The translations under genes and the position numbers were made by a program. Below, one piece after another: positions 25,244 to 27,212 of a stretch of 27,212 bases of DNA. Position 1 is the stretch's first letter, and each line of letters begins with the position of its first letter. The stretch spans positions 1-27,212 of the forward strand of contig JBHJGN010000083.1 of NCBI GenBank assembly GCA_050331735.1, given 5' to 3'. This stretch comes from Cyanophyceae cyanobacterium. Lineage in GTDB: Bacteria; Cyanobacteriota; Cyanobacteriia; Cyanobacteriales; JBHJGN01. The notes below the pieces were generated by a model, which did not search any database, was not told the DNA's origin, and worked only from the letters and a program-made list of their open reading frames with translations.

Positions 25244-25810
25244 ATGCTTACGAATGAAATTAGACATGCTGTTGGTGTTTTTCCAACTCGTCAAGACGCA
25301 GAATATGCCCTCCGCGAACTTCAAGATGCGGGGTTCAATATGGATCAAGTCTCTGTCATTGCCCAAGATGCTGGTCGCCAGGGAGACATTGCTGGTGCTG
25401 GAGTTAGCAAAACTCCTGAAGAACAGGCAGAAGGAGGCGCGGGAGCAGGAGCCACTGCCGGAGCAGCGACTGGAGGTCTTTTGGGCTTAATTGGAGGCTT
25501 AGGCATCCTGGCAATTCCAGGAGTTGGTGTCGCCGCTGAAGCCGGAATTGTGTTGGCAAATACTCTTTTAGGAAGCGGCATTGGAGCCGCCGGTGGTGGT
25601 TTAGTTGGGGCGCTCATCGGTTGGGGCGTACCAGAAGAGAGAGCCAATTACTACAACGAACGGCTGGGTGCGGGAGAGTACATTGTTTTGCTAGAGGGCA
25701 CTGACGCTGAGATTCGTAGTGCTGAAGCTATCTTGAACAATCGAGGGATTCGCGACTGGGGGATTTATGGAACTCCTGGAGCGACGAGCGATAGAAGTAC
25801 AATTATTTAA
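25244..25810 (+). CDS. General stress protein (YflT/17M-like domain with glycine-zipper)
   Basis: AVGVF..RQDAE.AL.EL...GF..DQVSVI, Gly/Ala-rich zipper, GGLVGALIGWGVPEE.A..Y. SD GAGG upstream. Confidence 0.88.
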   Translation: MLTNEIRHAVGVFPTRQDAEYALRELQDAGFNMDQVSVIAQDAGRQGDIAGAGVSKTPEEQAEGGAGAGATAGAATGGLLGLIGGLGILAIPGVGVAAEAGIVLANTLLGSGIGAAGGGLVGALIGWGVPEERANYYNERLGAGEYIVLLEGTDAEIRSAEAILNNRGIRDWGIYGTPGATSDRSTII

Positions 25811-25826
25811 CGGTTCGTGGTTGACT

Positions 25827-25852
25827 GTTGATTGTTAATTGAAACAATCAAC
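25827..25852 (+). terminator. Heptamer-derived hairpin after the stress-protein gene (possible terminator or processing stem)
   Basis: GTTGATTGTT-AATTGA-AACAATCAAC is a perfect 10-bp stem 17 bp after the stop. It is AT-rich with no U-tract. Confidence 0.35.
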
Positions 25853-25910
25853 GAAAAACATCGATGGCAGTCGGTCAGATAAAATAGTTAAAACTAGCGG
25901 AGACAGGCGC

Positions 25911-26774
25911 GTGAAAATTGGATTGATCGGCACTGGGTTGATGGGACAGCCAATGGCAAAACGGCTTTTGCAGGCTGGTTTCCCTGTAACGGCCTACAAC
26001 CGCACTCGGTCAAAACTGGCACCCCTTGCTGATGCTGGAGCCAAAATTGCTGATTCTCCCGCCGCTACCGTCGAAGCTGCCGACTGCCTCATTTTGATGC
26101 TGACGAACAAAGAGGCCATCGAGGAAACCCTGCTGTCTAATGCTTACAAGTCCCTAGCTGAGCGGACCGTCATTCAAATGGGAACCATTGCTCCCTCTGA
26201 AAGTCAAGCTCTTGGAGAGACAGTAGCGGCGGCGGGAGGAGACTACCTTGAAGCACCTGTGTTGGGCAGTATTCCTCAAGTTGAAAGCGGTGAACTATTG
26301 GTGATGGTGGGAGCGACTCCAGCTCAGTTTGAGCGCTGGAGCGTTCTGTTAAAGCACTTTGGTCCTGAACCGATGCACATTGGTCCGGTTGGCACTGCTG
26401 CCGCCACGAAGCTTGCCTTAAACCAACTGATCGCCGCCCTTACAGGAGCTTTTGCCCTCAGCTTTGGGTTTGTTCAGCGTCAGGGGGTTGATGTGGAGAA
26501 ATTTATGCAGATTCTGCGGCAAAGTGCGCTGTATGCACCTACCTTCGACAAAAAACTCCAGCGCATGAGCGATCGCAACTTTACTAATCCGAACTTTCCC
26601 ACAAAACATCTCCTCAAGGATATCGATCTTTTTCTGACAGAAGCTCAACAGAATGGACTAGCTGTCAGTAGCCTTGAGGGAGTTCGTCACGTTGTCCAAC
26701 AGGCAGTAGAGTCAGGATGGGCTGATTCCGATTACTCATCACTCTACTGTGCCGTTAATCCCGAAATTAAATAG
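25911..26774 (+). CDS. NAD(P)-dependent beta-hydroxyacid dehydrogenase (3-hydroxyisobutyrate DH / glyoxylate-succinic semialdehyde reductase family)
   Basis: KIGLIGTGLMG Rossmann motif, YNRT, EAPVLGS, catalytic KLALN and NFP.KHL.KD. GTG start at 25911. Confidence 0.93.
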   Translation: MKIGLIGTGLMGQPMAKRLLQAGFPVTAYNRTRSKLAPLADAGAKIADSPAATVEAADCLILMLTNKEAIEETLLSNAYKSLAERTVIQMGTIAPSESQALGETVAAAGGDYLEAPVLGSIPQVESGELLVMVGATPAQFERWSVLLKHFGPEPMHIGPVGTAAATKLALNQLIAALTGAFALSFGFVQRQGVDVEKFMQILRQSALYAPTFDKKLQRMSDRNFTNPNFPTKHLLKDIDLFLTEAQQNGLAVSSLEGVRHVVQQAVESGWADSDYSSLYCAVNPEIK

Positions 26775-26892
26775 GACACTGCATTGATTCTGTTCTGAGC
26801 AAGATTGTTGACGAGGCCAACAGAAAGAACTGAGTAGTTCGGTGACTGCAAAGGCCACACTATGTGGGAAGATCTTGTAAAATATCATAGAA

Positions 26893-26907
26893 TGATAATC
26901 ATTGTCA
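26893..26907. promoter_or_regulatory. Zur (FurB) box
   Basis: TGATAATCATTGTCA is one mismatch from the cyanobacterial 7-1-7 consensus TGATAATNATTATCA. It overlaps a TAGAAT -10-like hexamer upstream of a ZnuA-like gene. Confidence 0.85.
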
Positions 26908-26952
26908 AAAAAAGTCCGCCTTTAATTGAGAGAATGAACAGAGGAAAACACT

Positions 26953-27212
26953 ATGCGTTGTTTATCTATCGGGTTTTTGTCAGTGCTTGCTTTGGGGTTA
27001 GGAAGCTGTGGGTCAAATCCCTCCCCATCAGAATCGCCGTCAACGGATGCGTCTGAAGACACAACAGAGGGCGAGCTGCAGGTGGTAACCACGTTTCTGC
27101 CGATGACTCAATTTACTAAAGCCGTCGCGGGCGATCGCGCTGAGGTCGAGCAACTGATGTCAGCCAATACCGGACCCCACGACTACCAAGCAACGCCAGA
27201 AGATGCTCAAAA
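26953..27212 (+). CDS. znuA: Metal (Zn) ABC transporter substrate-binding lipoprotein, ZnuA/TroA family (3'-truncated; not in the ORF track)
   Basis: Hand translation MRCLSIGFLSVLALGLGSCGSNP...LQVVTTFLPMTQFTKAVAGDRAEVEQLMSANTGPHDYQATPEDAQ shows a lipobox LGSC and the PHDY metal-site motif. SD GAGG and a Zur box lie upstream. Confidence 0.88.
   Translation, partial: MRCLSIGFLSVLALGLGSCGSNPSPSESPSTDASEDTTEGELQVVTTFLPMTQFTKAVAGDRAEVEQLMSANTGPHDYQATPEDAQ

Larger units (their letters stand above)
1713..27138. repeat. Dispersed HIP1 octamers (GCGATCGC)
   Basis: At least 20 copies counted by eye, for example at 1713, 1741, 1855, 2053, 5407, 6404, 8737, 11277, 13982, 14059, 16440, 20412 and 21673. 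Confidence 0.93.

Noticed and set aside
26862..27056. 64-aa ORF in the track
   Set aside because: It overlaps the Zur box and the better-supported ZnuA-like frame starting at 26953.
1..27212. CRISPR array, tRNA or rRNA genes
   Set aside because: No regularly spaced 25-40-bp direct repeats, cloverleaf or rRNA-like sequence was seen. The repeats found are heptamers, HIP1 and short hairpins.

Overview
Cyanobacterial chromosomal DNA, judged from at least 20 HIP1 octamers (GCGATCGC), heptamer STRR repeats and the CRR7, DUF2854/APE1 and DUF3747-SLH genes. Housekeeping or conserved genes are rph, selO, crr7, DUF2854, rsmE, an SPFH protein, a PHP phosphoesterase, a CYP110-like P450, an alpha/beta hydrolase, a beta-hydroxyacid dehydrogenase and the start of a Zur-boxed ZnuA-like gene. 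Accessory blocks are: (i) the end of an IS256 element next to a tightly coupled three-gene cassette of small proteins resembling DUF6888/DUF6887; (ii) a metal-resistance cluster (Grx-MauE, CopG/DUF411, Tat multicopper oxidase) behind a ZntR-like MerR promoter with no adjacent regulator, followed by a decayed IS701 carrying a 45-bp in-frame hairpin insertion and a MITE; (iii) a retropepsin / inactive transglutaminase-7TM / alpha-L-glutamate-ligase-like ATP-grasp operon; (iv) a lipoprotein gene followed by a 738-aa multi-domain peptidoglycan hydrolase. Block (iv) has the layout of an immunity-effector pair for interbacterial killing and is my best candidate for an undescribed system. Two small ORFs missing from the ORF track (167..334 and 24316..24411) were read by hand. 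All family calls come from motif recognition, with no database searches run.
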